Source of the DNA: Setoptus koraiensis
Lineage: Eukaryota; Animalia; Arthropoda
DNA length: 64,000 bases
Reading direction: 5' to 3'
NCBI GenBank assembly: GCA_048013815.1
Contig: CM106585.1
Span: 14,198,001-14,262,000, forward strand
Below the pieces are notes generated by a model. The model ran no database searches. It saw only the letters and a program-made list of their open reading frames with translations, and was not told the origin of the DNA. Shown piece after piece: positions 51,250 through 64,000 of the stretch (the first letter of the stretch is position 1; each line of letters opens with the position of its first letter). A program made the position numbers and the translations under genes.

Positions 51250-52760
51250 GTTTAGTTTTGGTACAATACGTGTTCGTAATTGTCTGTATATATTGTCCAT
51301 CCTATATTCTCTAAAAAAGAACCGTCAGAACCGCTTAAAAATAAGTTCGCTAGGATGACGATCAAAGATCCCTTCCGGATTGACATTTGGTTGCTGATTT
51401 CAAGAAAGTAATCTAGTTTACAACAACTTCTATTAAGCACCAACAAGTCGCACTTAAGCCGATGCAAAGAATCCGTATTGATCTTTATCTAGCAACCCAA
51501 GGCTCAGAATGATTTGACCATCATAGATTAATAAACTTGAGGACCTCATTCTCGCAGCATTGACGAAACAGGGTGGATGTAGGTGTCATTAACATTAGAA
51601 GAGTTCTCTAAGTGAAAATAAACAAACTGATACAGTGCAACATTCCGCTATCCGCGTTCAATTTATTGGAAATATCTTCCATTTTTTCGCATTATAAATG
51701 CATTTAGTTAATTCGATCTGGTGTTCCATGGTGACTTAATTGTTTTAACCCAATTCTGAGTTTACTTCTCGCTAACATTTTTCAATTGATGTCGCGATTT
51801 TCAAACCTTCCGTGATTCGCCGATAGTTTTAAGTTAAATGATAGTGACATAATAGATAAATAAATAGATAATTTCAACTGAAAAGGTTCCTAATAATTAA
51901 CTCAATTAAAATGCAGTCTCTGAGTCACATGGATATAATTTCATTCCTGAATGTGTAGCCGTCTTAATTTTTTGGGGCCCAATGATGGTAGTTCTTCCAA
52001 GACAGTCAACTTATTTTCCTGGACATAAAACAAGGCCAGTCTGTAGTTTTGGCCTGAAATTGTCAACATTAATATCCGGGTCGCCAAACGATTAAGCCAT
52101 CAAGCTAGGTCCTCGCTCATGGCACATAATTAGATTTAAAAGACCGATATGGCCTAGACTCAATGAACGTCACTTTGGTCTTCAGGTGGCTATTAACGCG
52201 ATCGCGTGATATAAGCTGAAATGAGCTACAATAACTGGAGCTTCCATCTAATGAGCCTGGGGGCCCGAAGGGGAGTAATGCGAGTAAGAAGCAGTGTTTA
52301 TCAACGATATTGCTGATGGACTATGCCAATCGAGAGTCGTTCTAATCATGATTGCTACACATAGCTGGACCAGACTGCATGGATTGAGTCACATTTTGAC
52401 CATTCATTGTGTTTAGTGATATCTATTGTAACTGGCGAAATGAGACTCGCGTTCCAGCCTTTTTAATGTGGCCACACCAATAAGACTAGCTAGGTCATTG
52501 TTGTCTAATACTGGTGGTTCAACGATAATCCAAGTATGATTTTTGCTTGTTCAAAGCTATCTTCGAATGTTCCAAAACTCGTTGCTGACCCTTCCTCTCG
52601 CCATTGTTTTAATACAGCTTTCTTTTCACCTATACGATTATTGGCGACACTAAAGAGAGGGCCTTAAAAATTTGCATCTTCTCTCACAGTAATGAACAAA
52701 GGTATCTCTAGCATTAAATTACACCTGTATGAAATGCACGATTGTGAAATACTCGTTCTA
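51250..52760 (-). mobile_element. Heavily decayed non-LTR (LINE-type) reverse-transcriptase remnant
   Basis: Fragmented, frameshifted echoes in correct order: AFHTGVI / EIPLF..ANF / NFKALSLVS (cf. NYRPISLTS), ALNKQKSYLD, SG-PQ/GSL.G (cf. SGVPQGSVLG), SLHRLKCDL (cf. LE.RRL..DL). Confidence 0.4.
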
Positions 52761-52892
52761 CGAAAAGACAGTTCTATGACATGTCGAGGAATTGTACGAA
52801 AATGAAATGTGCGTTGATGAAACGGCCCTATTCCAATAACTTAGCTTGTGTAGAGCCGTGTCTTGTATACAGTGCAATATTATTGTAAATGA

Positions 52893-53216
52893 TCAATATA
52901 TTGGTATGTAATTATCAATTTTGGCTCTGTGTTTCTGAGCAACACATTCGGCTATCCAGACAATATTACGTATCTCTTGTTCTTTCAATTTGATGTAGGA
53001 ATAAAAGACTCCAAAGTGAAACTGTTGCATGAATGCGTTGACATTAAGCCTGACTTCGTGCTCGAAGAACCTGTCTTCTAGAGTTTTGTCATCGTTTAAG
53101 CTACCATCACTGGAACCCTCAAATAGAATGCGATATTCGTTTATGAAGTCAGCCACTTGCCTCACTTGCTCATATTCGTCTGCACGCGCCAAGGATGTTA
53201 GTCCATACGGAAGATT
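52893..53216 (-). CDS. ATP6V0D: V-type ATPase V0 subunit d (VhaAC39), intact terminal exon only
   Basis: [10 protein letters not shown]...[25 protein letters not shown]...[28 protein letters not shown]; preceded by a pyrimidine-rich TAG acceptor at 53217. Upstream exons not found in the window. Confidence 0.85.
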   Translation of the reverse strand, partial: NLPYGLTSLARADEYEQVRQVADFINEYRILFEGSSDGSLNDDKTLEDRFFEHEVRLNVNAFMQQFHFGVFYSYIKLKEQEIRNIVWIAECVAQKHRAKIDNYIPIY

Positions 53217-53622
53217 CTAAAGTTATAGAAGTAATAAAAAATCAATAAAAGTATTATAGAGACCACAAGAATAAAAGAAGGGCAGAGGTTACGGACGCAG
53301 TTCATGAGAATCAATAATAACACAGTCTACTTTTGTCTAGCTGCCGTCTAGTTTTTGTAGGTCTCGAATTTTCCTCCCTTTGTCGAGCTTTTCCACAGAA
53401 TCATCGTTGTTTCGCTCGAGTTGATATGGTCACGTGAATATGATAATCTGAATAACAATTTGACATGCACGTGAAGAAGATTATCGCAGACTAGCGCAAG
53501 GTAATTATCTGCAGTGAGCGTGATCGCCTCTTGGTTCATTTAATGTTCGTCATTCGTGAGACAGCAGTAGTGTTCCACTCCCATAATCAGATATTCTTAC
53601 GGGATATTGGCCTAGAATAATA

Positions 53623-54128
53623 AAAGCCGTCACACTAATTCTAATTCTTCATTATTAACGATTCTTCTGGCTCCTAAAACGAACCGAATATGTTTCTAAA
53701 ATAAGTAATTATATCAATCTACTGTTTGGGAAGAACGCCAGCGCGAGAGAGGTTCTTGGCAGCGCTTAACAAAGAAAAGACAGAGACTTCAAAAGCGTGG
53801 GAATGAAACAAAGTTCGCTACAGTTCTCTCTCCAATCGAGAGACCAAGTTTGAAATTAAGTGAAAGACCCAATCATGAATATTTTTTAATTTACGGATTG
53901 ATGCGCTACATACTATAGATAAAAAACTATATCGAAAAAAATGGATATATTGTTACCTGGGTGCGAAATTTCACCTTATGATAGAAAAATTTCAAACTAT
54001 GCTAGGATTGCCACGTATACGATCAGAACTGTTCGATATCTGCGCTGAGAAAGAGTTTTTCTGATAGACTCTCCAGATTTTCAGTCAGAATGAAAAAAAC
54101 TCATAGGTAAGATTCGGAGATGAGTATT
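53623..54128. repeat. 3' flank duplicated with the GR unit (second copy at 61569-62059)
   Basis: AAAGCCGTCACAC..AATTCTAATTCTTCATTATTAACGATTCTTC.. and following several hundred bp recur at 61569. Confidence 0.85.
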
Positions 54129-56410
54129 TTAGATTGCGTACTGCAACACTATTGTGATTCCAGATAGAATCCATCCGAGAATCTGTCGAAAATTTGCAAG
54201 GGGTAGAGTTAGCTAAGTAAGAGGGCAAGATAAACATGATATGATTTGAGAATGCTTGGGCACTTACCAAAGGTAGATTACCAAGCGTCACAGGGTAAAT
54301 ACTAGCGATGACGAAAGAAGTGTTCTCAGCTTGCATCAAATCTTCTGATAAAGCCAGCAAGCAATCCAAATTAAATTTTGTCATTAACGATTGATGCACA
54401 ATTAGACACTGAATCGTATGATAGATGGCTTGGAACTATATACCGGAATAATAAGTATTGTATGAGGAAGGAATGAATGCGATGGTTAATACTGAACTAA
54501 TAATGAATCAGCTAATTTTGGGATATGCCTATCCTTTGGCCAAGATAGAACCAGCGAGCCGCAACATGCGCCTCACATACTGTAAGAGACACGGTTTCAT
54601 AGCTTGATGCTGATGCAGACATCGATTCAGTATGGCGGTAATCAATCTCGGTTTCGTGATCTCACCAATTCACTAGCGGTTTTTTCACGAACGCAAAAAT
54701 ACTTTCGATGCTCTTAAGCTATCCAAAGGATTTGCTCTTCTCGCAATTAACTATTGAGATCATTAACGGGTGCAAGGTACTAACCTTTGAATGAATGATA
54801 GCAGAGGCTAAACTTATGATAGCCAATGGCGCCCAATAAGCGGCGAAAATAAGTTGCAACACTGGAAGTTCTAGACTGCCCAAATCTCTCATTTTCATCA
54901 TTGCGGCCACAGTCAATATGATGCAGGGAACTTTGAAAATAAGTTCTACATTCAACACGAAGGTATAAGATCGTTTCAATTGATCCAAAGTATTGCGCAA
55001 TTCTTTCACCATTCTGATGAATTTATCGATTTTCCTCGACAAATCAACCAAATTTTTCTGGTTTTTGTCATCCAGTACATCAATCAGAGTCGTTGTCACG
55101 AGCCTTTTAGTTCCATTGTCGCTGATTACACTGCGATAGGCTGTTATAATTCGCACCTCTTGAGCATTCTCATAATTGCCGTTTTTTGATTCTGTGTTTG
55201 TCTCAAATGCTGTCGGTTTGGTAAGTGAATCTCTGCTTTGTTTCTTATGAAGCCAGTATAGTTCTACCAGTTGCGAGGAATAAGTTACTGCATGCTTCGC
55301 CTTACTAAAACAAACACAACATGTGATTACAAAGTTACCTAGATCTAAATATTCTACTACGGCTTGAAGAGCGGCTAACCCAGCCAAGGACCAAGGTAGA
55401 AGGCGCTGACCGATGCACAATGTTAGCGAGCTATGACAATTGATAAATTCGAGCGTTAGATAAACTGCTGCACAAATCAAGAACGCGAGCAGAACAGTGC
55501 CGAAAATGAAACTAACAATGAAGTAGCATAGCCGTCTGAATGTCTTCATATCCATCTTATGAAATGCGCCTGCCTCGCGAGTTATTTTCGAAGAGTCGAT
55601 TTGATAGTTGATCTCGCGAAATTCATCATCAAAATCAAACAATTTGTCTTTGTTTTGTGTTTTTTCAGAATCGTCCGGATGCGAACTGGCCGATTCTCGA
55701 CTCAAGCCCACATTGGCCATCTCAACCGAGCGATGCCTGAATTGACCGCTCGGACACGAGTTTTTTCTCGGTGCCATCTTATCTGTCGTTATACCATTTA
55801 AATCGTTCATGTCCGATTGGATGGAACGTTTAATCGTTTCGCGATACTTCCGATCTTTGCATTTGACTGCATCGGTAAGGCCGAAAATATACATCCATGC
55901 TCGAGGTGTCAATTGCAGAGATCCCATGTAGGCCATAATCTCCACAACGGTGCCTTTGAGAGCACACCTTCTATCTGCGACGATGGCTCTTACTATATTT
56001 CTCCAACGCAGCACGTACGCTTCTAATACTAAGATCGAAGAGACCTTGTTGAGCATGTTGGTGTATTTGAAAACTATAATCGGATCGTTTATCCAATTTT
56101 GTTTTCTCAATTGTGAGGCCAGCATTTTGTAAGCGAACCCGTACGCTAAAAGATGGGCTAATAGGCAAACTCCCAAAGCGAGATCGACTATCAACCAGAT
56201 CAGAAAAAATCTTCCGTAATTGCTCCTGAGATAAAACTTTGCTCGGTCTCGAGTTTTTTCGAATGGACTTTTCTCTGACCTAATCGAACTGTCTAGTTTT
56301 CCTATTTCGCCTTCGTTTTCTTCTGCAGTTAATATTAAGTTGATCGCTCCGTTGATGAAGACCGCAATGAAGATTAAATACTGAAATATGTTAATTCTGA
56401 TGGAGTCCAT
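54129..56410 (-). CDS. GR-like copy 3, intact, about 615 aa (exons 56410-54785, 54435-54268, 54182-54129)
   Basis: Same three-exon phase-0 structure as copy 1; start MDSIRINIF; last exon ILGWILSGITIVLQYAI. Confidence 0.7.
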
Positions 56411-56775
56411 CTTGCAGATCAAATGCCGATAAAATATCGTTGCTCCTCGTGTGCATTTTTGAAGATGTTGTTTCACATAATGTTATCGTACATAAGGTTC
56501 GAGTTGGTTTGCATGACTCAAATTCATCGGTCTTTGCTCCACCGTAACTTCAATCTTGTTGGGTATTGTAAAGTGGGTATGTGAATGTCAAGATATATTT
56601 CTGATAAAAACGTCGATTAACTATCCCGATTCGAAACTTGTTCGTGTTTTTTCCGTGATCACAGAACTATGTACAAAGTAATGGATTCCTTCTTAGCACG
56701 AATTTCACGTAGAGGAAACCTTACTTAAACAAACATAACATGCAGTAAAAAATTCAAATATATCTAGATACTCGA

Positions 56776-57361
56776 TCATGCATTGAAATCGCATAAGACA
56801 ACCATGGAGTAAGGTAAGAGGTGCTGACTGATGAACAAGATAACCGAGCTATGACGATTGATAAATTCGAACGTTAGCGAAGCTCCGGCAAAAAACAATC
56901 CCGCGAGAACAGAGCCGACGACGACCAAAGCACTGATGTAGCGAAACAGTTTGAATGTCGTCATACCCACTATATGAAAGGCGCCTGTCTCGTGAGTTAG
57001 TTTCGGAGAGTCGATTTGATAGTTGATCGCACGAAATTCATCATCAAAATCAAACAATTTATCTTTATTTTGTGTTTTTTTTTCTGGATCGCCCGAATGC
57101 AAACTGGCCGATTCCCGACTCGAGCTCACATTGGCTATCTCAACCGAGCGGTGCCTCAATTGACCGCTCGTATTTTCGTCCGGACACGAGTTTTCTCTCG
57201 GTGCCATCTTATCTGTCGTTATACCATTTAAATCGTTCATGTCGAATTGGATGGAACGTTTAATCTTTTCGCGATACTTCCGATCTTTGCATTTGACTGC
57301 ATCGGTAAGGCCGAAAATTAAAGATTAAATAATGGAATGGGTTAATTCTGATGGAGTCCAT
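56776..57361 (-). pseudogene. GR-like copy 4, internally deleted and 3'-truncated
   Basis: ATG GAC TCC ATC AGA start at 57361 is joined at about 57320 directly to the IFGLTDAVKCKD region (roughly 500 bp missing, frame broken); exons 2-3 absent. Confidence 0.8.
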
Positions 57362-58621
57362 CTTGCGTTTGAAATGCCGATAAAATACTGTTGCTTATTG
57401 ATTGCTTCTCTTGTGCATTTTTGAAGAAGATATTGTTTCGCATTATGTTATCATACCTGAGATTCGAGTTGGTTCAATTGACTCAAATCTGCCGATCTTT
57501 GCTCGGCTGCAACAGCAATCTCATTGGGTATTGTAAAGTTGGTGCGTGAATTTCAAGATTTATTTCCGATAAAAAACGTCGACTAGCTTTCACCATTAGA
57601 AACTTGTTAGTGTTTTTTCCGTGATCACAGAACTATGTACAAAGCAATGGATTCCTTCTTAGCACGAAACTTCATACGTGATCGAACTTAGCATATGAAT
57701 GTTCAATTTTTACTGGGGTACGATTCATTATGGATCCAGCATGCTTTCGCGCATAGTCCAACGACATGAAAATCGTTTCATCCATTCCTTTTTATTTCTA
57801 ATTAAACTATGCGTCAAAGTCATGGTTCACATCAACAAAGAAACAAAAAATTTTATTTTATTTTTTATCCAATGATTTCGTTCACCCACAGGTCAATGTT
57901 TTAAACTGTTTGGCATGAACCAGCACAAAATTCACGATGATAGAAAAATAGAGACATCTACTCTAATCCGAACTCCATCGATATGGCCCAACTGGCCTCC
58001 GCTGATGATGTGCAATTTTAAATATGATTGATTGATGATTGGACTCTGTATTGCGTGATAATAACAGACTAAATACATGTTGGCATCATGCAAGTGTAAA
58101 ATTACGACAGGATCTCGCACTTCCGCCATAATTTTCAACGATGGAAGTTACGATTTTGGACAGTTTCAGATTTTTGAAAAATTCACAATAAATCATTAGA
58201 TCAGCAAAAGAGTAGATCGGGATGAATCCTAGCAGTTTAGGTGTCATTCTATGTTGGATAACGGAGAATCCAATTAACATTCTCTTGCCTATGGGTAAAA
58301 TCGACCCTGCAGCTGACCATAATTATTTGTAACTGACGAGCCACATGAAACAATAATGACGAATATCTGTCAGAATCCGATCACACATCGTAATGGCTGA
58401 TCAATTCATGTATCCTTCCATACTGAGCGAACATGTTGCAATTATAATAATGCCGGTATACTATGGCTCCATGATAGAAAAATTTCGAATTATGCTAGGA
58501 TTGTCAACCATACGATCAGAACTGTTCGATATCTGCGCTGAGAAAAAGTTTTTCTGATAGACTCTCCAGATTTTCAGTCAGAATGAAAAAAACTCATAGG
58601 TAATATTCAGAGAGGGGTATT

Positions 58622-61000
58622 TTAGATTGCGTACTGCAACACTATTGTGATTCCAGATAGAATCCATCCGAGAATCTGTCGAAAATTCGATTTGGGAAGA
58701 GTTAGCTAGGCTAGAGGGCAAGATAAATATGAAATGATTTGAGAATGTGTGGACACTTACCAAAGGTATATTACCTGGCGTCAAATGGTAAATACTAGCG
58801 ATGACGAAAGAAGTGTTCTCAGCTTGCATCAAATCTTCTGATAAAGCCAGCAAGCCACCCAAATTAAATTTTGTCATTAACGATTGATGTACAATTAGAC
58901 ACTGAATTGTATGATAGATGACTTGAAGCTATATACAGGAATAATAAGTATTTGAAAAAGGAAGAAACGAATGGGATGGTTAATACTGAACTAAGAATGA
59001 ATTAAGTGATTGCGGAATATCCCTATTCTTTGGCGAAGCCTCAGATTGGAGCTTTAGATACCGTGGTAAACACGGTTTCATAGCTTGATGCTGATGCAGA
59101 TATCGATTCAGAATGGCGTCAATCAATCTCTGGTTTGTGAGCCGCAACGATTCGCTACCGGTTGTTTTCGATGATGCAAAAATACTATAACGGCTCTCAA
59201 ACTATCCAGATGATTTTCTATTCTCGCAATTAACTATTGAGATCATCATTAACGTGTGCAAGGTACTAACCTTTGAATGAATCATAGCAGAGGCTAAACT
59301 TATGATAGCCAATGGCGCCCAATTAGCGACGAAAAAAAAGTGTAAACAATGGAAGTTCTAGACTGCCCAAATCTCTCATTTTCATCATTGCGGCCAGAGT
59401 CAATACCATGCAGGGAACTTTGAAAACAAGTTCTGTATGCAGCAGGGAGGTATAAGATCGTTTCAATTGATCCAAAGTATTGCGCAATTCTTTCACCATT
59501 TTGATGAATTTATCGATTTTCCTCGACAGATCAACCAAATTTTTCTGGTTTTTATCATCCAGTACATCGGCCAGCTTCGAGCTCAAGCAGCCTTTAGTTC
59601 GGGATGTTTTCACAGATTCATTCTTGCATATCACAATGCTGATGGCCGTTTTAATTTGCACCTCGTGAAGAGTCTTATAATTATATTTCGGATCGTTCTT
59701 TGACAAATTAACTAAATTTTTCTGGTTTTTGTCATCCAGTACATCAACCAGAGTCGTTGTCACGAGCCTTTTAGTTCCATTGTCGCTGATTACACTGCGA
59801 TAGGCTGTTATAATTCGCACCTCTTGAGCATTCTCATAATTGCCGTTTTTTGATTCTGTGTTTGTCTCAAATGCTGTCGGTTTGGTAAGTGAATCTCTGC
59901 TTTGTTTCTTATGAAGCCAGTATAGTTCTACCAGTTGCGAGGAATAAGTTATTGCGTGCCTCGCCTTACTAAAACAAACACAACATGTGATTACAAAGCT
60001 GACGGATGCATAATGTTAGCGAGCTATGACAATTGATAAATTCGAGCGTTAGATAAGCTGCTGCACAAAACAATAACGCGAGAACAGTGCCGAAAATGAA
60101 ACTAACAATGAAGTAGCATAGCCGTCTGAATGTCTTCATATCCATCTTATGAAACGCACCTGCCTCGCGAGCTATTTTCGAAGGGTCGATTTGATAGCTG
60201 ATCTCGCGAAATTCATCATCAAAATCAAACAATTTGTCTTTGTTTTGTGTTTTCGCTGAGTCGTCCGAATGCAAACTGGCCGATCCTCGACTCAGGCCCA
60301 CATTGGCCATCTCAACTGAGTGATGCCTGAATTGACCGCTCGGACACGAGTTTTTTCTCGGTGCCATCTTATCTGTCGTTATACCATTTAAATCATTCAT
60401 GTCGAATTGGATGGAACGTTTAATCTTTTCGCGATACTCCTGATCTTTGCATCTGACTGCATCGGTAAGGCCGAAAATATACATCCATGCTCGAGGTGTC
60501 AATTGCAGAGATCCCATGTAGGCCATAATCTCCACAACGGTGTCTTTGAGAGCATGCCTTCTATCTGCGACGATGGCTCTTACAATATTTCTCCAACGCA
60601 GCACGTAAGCTTCCAATACTAAGAGCAAAGCGAGCTTGTGGAGCATGTTGGTATATTTGAAAAATAGAAAAGGATCGTTTATCCAATATTGTTTGTCCAA
60701 TTGTGAAGCAAAGATTCTGTAAGCGAACCCGTACGCTAAAAGATGGGCTAATAGGCAAACTCCCAAAGCGAGATCGACTATCAACCAGATCAGAAAAAAT
60801 CTTCCGTAATTGCTCCTGAGATAAAACTTTGCTCGGTCTCGGGTTCTTTCGAATGAACTTTTCTCTGACCTGATCGAACTGTCTGATTTTCCTATTTCGC
60901 CCTGATTGTCTTCTGCAGTTAATATCAAGTTGATCGCTCCGTTGACGAAGACCGCAATGAAGATTAAATACCGAAATATGTTAATTCTGATGGAGTCCAT
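58622..61000 (-). pseudogene. GR-like copy 5, frameshifted pseudogene
   Basis: About 70-bp deletion at about 60000 relative to copy 3, internal tandem duplication at about 59560-59760, lengthened A-run near 59335 shifting frame; exons 2 (58928-58761) and 3 (58675-58622) retained. Confidence 0.8.
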
Positions 61001-62059
61001 CTTGCAGATCAAATGCCGATAAAATATCGTTGCTCCTCGTGTGCATTTTTGAAGATGTTGTTTCGCATTATGTTATCATACATGAGGTTCGAGTAGGTTC
61101 TATTGACTCAAATCTATCGGTCTTCACTCCGCTGCAACTTCAATCTTGTCGGGTATGGTAAAGTGGGTATGTGAATGTCAAGATATATTTCTGATAAAAA
61201 ACGTCCACTAACTTTCCCCATTCAAAACTTGTTCGTGTTTTTTCCGTGATCACAGAACTGTGTACAAAGTAATTGATTCCTTCCTAGCACGAATTTAATG
61301 TAAAGGAAGCACAAAACTTCACACGTGATCGAACTTAGCATATGAATGGTCAATTTGTACTGGTCTTTGTTATGAGAATAAGGGTCTAAGCGGGCTTCAG
61401 TGGTCTTTGGCTCTCATAATAAGAATCCGGGCCTTTTATGTGGGCTTTTATTGGTAATAAAGGCCCATTTAGGCCCCCTAGAACGACCTCGAAAAGGCCA
61501 AAGACTATTTAAGCCTGATCGGGTTTAAACCCGAATCCGGCCCAAAGGGACGGCTTTATCAAAGAATGAAAGCCGTCACACCAATTCTAATTCTTCATTA
61601 TTAACGATTCTTCTTGTTTCTACAATGAACCGAATATGTTTCTAAAATGATGAATTACATCTATCTACTGTTTGGGTAGAAACTCAGCGCGAGAGAGGTT
61701 CTTGGCAGCGCTCAACAAAGCAAAGACAGAGACTTCAAAAGCGTGGGAATGAAACAAGGTTCGCTACAGTTCTCTCTCCAATCGAGAGACCAAGTTTGAA
61801 ATTAAGTGAAAGACCCAATTATGAATATTTTTTAATTTACGGATTGATGCGCTACATACTATAGATAAAAAAACTATATGTAGAAAAATAAGGCTATATT
61901 TTTACCTGGGTGCGAAATTTCGCTCCATGATAGAAAAATTTCAAACTATGCTAGGATTGCCACGTATACGATCAGAACTGGTCGATACCTGCGCTGAGAA
62001 CGAGTTTTTTCGATGGACTCTCGAGCTTTTCTGTCAGAGTGAAAATAATTCAGAACTTT

Positions 62060-64000
62060 TTAGATCGCAAACTGCAACATTATTGTGATACCAGATAGAA
62101 TCCATCCGAGGATCTGTCGAAAATTCGATTCGGGTAGAGTTAGCTAAGCTATAAGGCAAGATAAAATTGATGTGATTTGAGAATGTGTGGGCACTTACCA
62201 AAGGTAAATTACCAAGCGTCACAGGGTAAATATCAGCGATTACGAAAGAAGTGTTCTCGACTTTCATCAAATCTTCTGATAAAGCCAGCAAGCAATCCAA
62301 ATTGAATTTCGTCATTAACGATTGATGAACCATCAGACGCTGAATTGAGTGATAGATGGCTTGAAACTTAATACAGGAATAAAAAGTATTGCATGAGGAA
62401 GAAATGAGCGTGAAAGGGTTGTTAATACTGAACTAATAATGAGTAATTGTGGAATTTGCCTATCACAACATGAGTTTCAGATTGGAACTAAAGATACCGT
62501 GATCGACACGGTTGCATAGCTCGATGCTGATGCAGATATCAATTCAGAATGGCGTCAATCAATCTCTGTTTTGTCAGTCTCACCAATTCGCGACCGAGAA
62601 TGCAAAAATACTTTAGAGGCTCTTAAACTGTCAAAATTATTTGCTATTCTCGCAATTAGCTATCGAGATCATCAATGTGTGCAAGATACTAACTTTTGGA
62701 TGAAGGAGAGCAGTGAAACAACTGACCCCAACCAATGGAATCCAATAACCGGCGAAAATAAGTTGCAACACTTGAAGTTGTAGACTGTCCAAATCTCTCA
62801 TTTTAATCATTGTGGCCAGAGTCAATATGATGCAGGGCATCCTGATAATAAGTTCTACATTCAACACAAAGGTGTAACATCGTTTTAGGTGATGCATAAA
62901 TTCACGTAACTCTCTCACCATTTTGATGAATTTATCGATTTTCCTCGACAACATAACCAAATTTTGCTTGTTTTTTTCATCCAGTACATCGGCCAGAGTC
63001 GAGCTCAGCAGCCTCTTAGTTCCATTGTTGCTGATTACTTTGCTGATGGCTGTTATGATTCGCACCTCTTGGAAAGTCTTATAATTATATTTCAAATCGT
63101 TTTTTGTTTCTGTGTTTGTCTCAAATCTTCTCGGTATGGCCAGTGAATCTCTGCATTGTTTCCTATGAAGCCAGTATAATTCTGCCAGTTGCGAGGAATA
63201 AGTTATTGCATGCGTCGACTTACAATAAAAAGTACAACAGGCAGCAACAAGTTTGCTCAGATCTAGATATTCGATTACGCATTGAAGAACGCCCAGCAAG
63301 GCCACGGAGTTTAGAAAAAGGCGTTGACTGATGAACAATGTTACTGATCTATGACAATTGATAAATTCGAACGTTAGCGAAGCTCGTAGGTATAGCGATA
63401 ACGCGAAAACAGAGCCCACAGTGATAATAACATTGATGTAGCATAGCAGTCTGAATGTCCTCATATCCATCTTATGAAACGCGCCTGTCCGGCGAGTAAT
63501 TTTCAAAGGGTCAATTTGATAGTTGATCTCGCGAAATTCATCATCAAAATTAAATAGCATATCCTTGTTTTGTGTTTTCTCTGAGTCGTCCGAATGCAAA
63601 CTGGCCGATTCTCGACTCAAGCCCACATTGGCCATCTCAACTGAGTGACGCCTGAATTGACCGCTCAGACACGAGTTTTTTCTCGGTGCCATCTTATCTG
63701 TCGTTATACCATTTAAATCGTTCATGTCGAATTGGATGGAACGTTTAATCGTTTCGCGATACTTCCGATCTTTGCATTTGACTGCATTGGTTAGGCCGAA
63801 AATATGCATCCAGGCTCGCGGCGTCAATTGCAAAGATCCCAAGTAGGCCATAATCTCCACAACTGGATCTTTGTGAACATGCCTTCCATCTGCGACGATA
63901 GCTCTTACTATATTTCTCCAACGCATCACGTAAGCTTCTAATACTAGAAGCAGACCAACCTTGTTGACCATGCTGCTATATTTGAAAAATAGAAAAATAT
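62060..64000 (-). CDS. GR-like copy 6, apparently intact, 5' end beyond the window (exons >64000-62694, 62366-62199, 62113-62060)
   Basis: Open exon 1, same splice pattern, last exon ILGWILSGITIMLQFAI. Confidence 0.65.

Noticed and set aside
53348-53539. LTADNYLALVCDNL resembling the V-ATPase d N-terminus
   Set aside because: Similarity is weak, followed by a stop, and the intervening 200 conserved residues are absent; probably chance.

Overview
Compact animal (arthropod-like, probably a small mite; inference from gene content and intron poverty) euchromatic window, not prokaryotic. Left third: partial BPHL-like hydrolase, DSTYK kinase, two head-to-head polyubiquitin loci made by an inverted duplication, Arp1/centractin, TFIIF-beta, intronless OGT and a giant ABCG half-transporter. 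Middle: a spliced dve/SATB-type homeobox gene whose first intron hosts an intronless LIV-1/ZIP transporter and a tRNA-Val on the opposite strand. Right third: a tandem birth-and-death array of six divergent gustatory-receptor-like genes/pseudogenes, with a 500-N gap, a decayed LINE and an isolated V-ATPase d terminal exon. Most striking: one polyubiquitin locus is an uninterrupted in-frame fusion of four ubiquitins to a complete mitochondrial complex II anchor subunit (SDHD) behind a heat-shock-element promoter. Also notable: an unassigned ~280-nt structured RNA candidate, a ZIP with a degenerate metal site, and possible alternative DNA-binding C-termini in dve. Family assignments are from motif recognition by eye; no searches were run.
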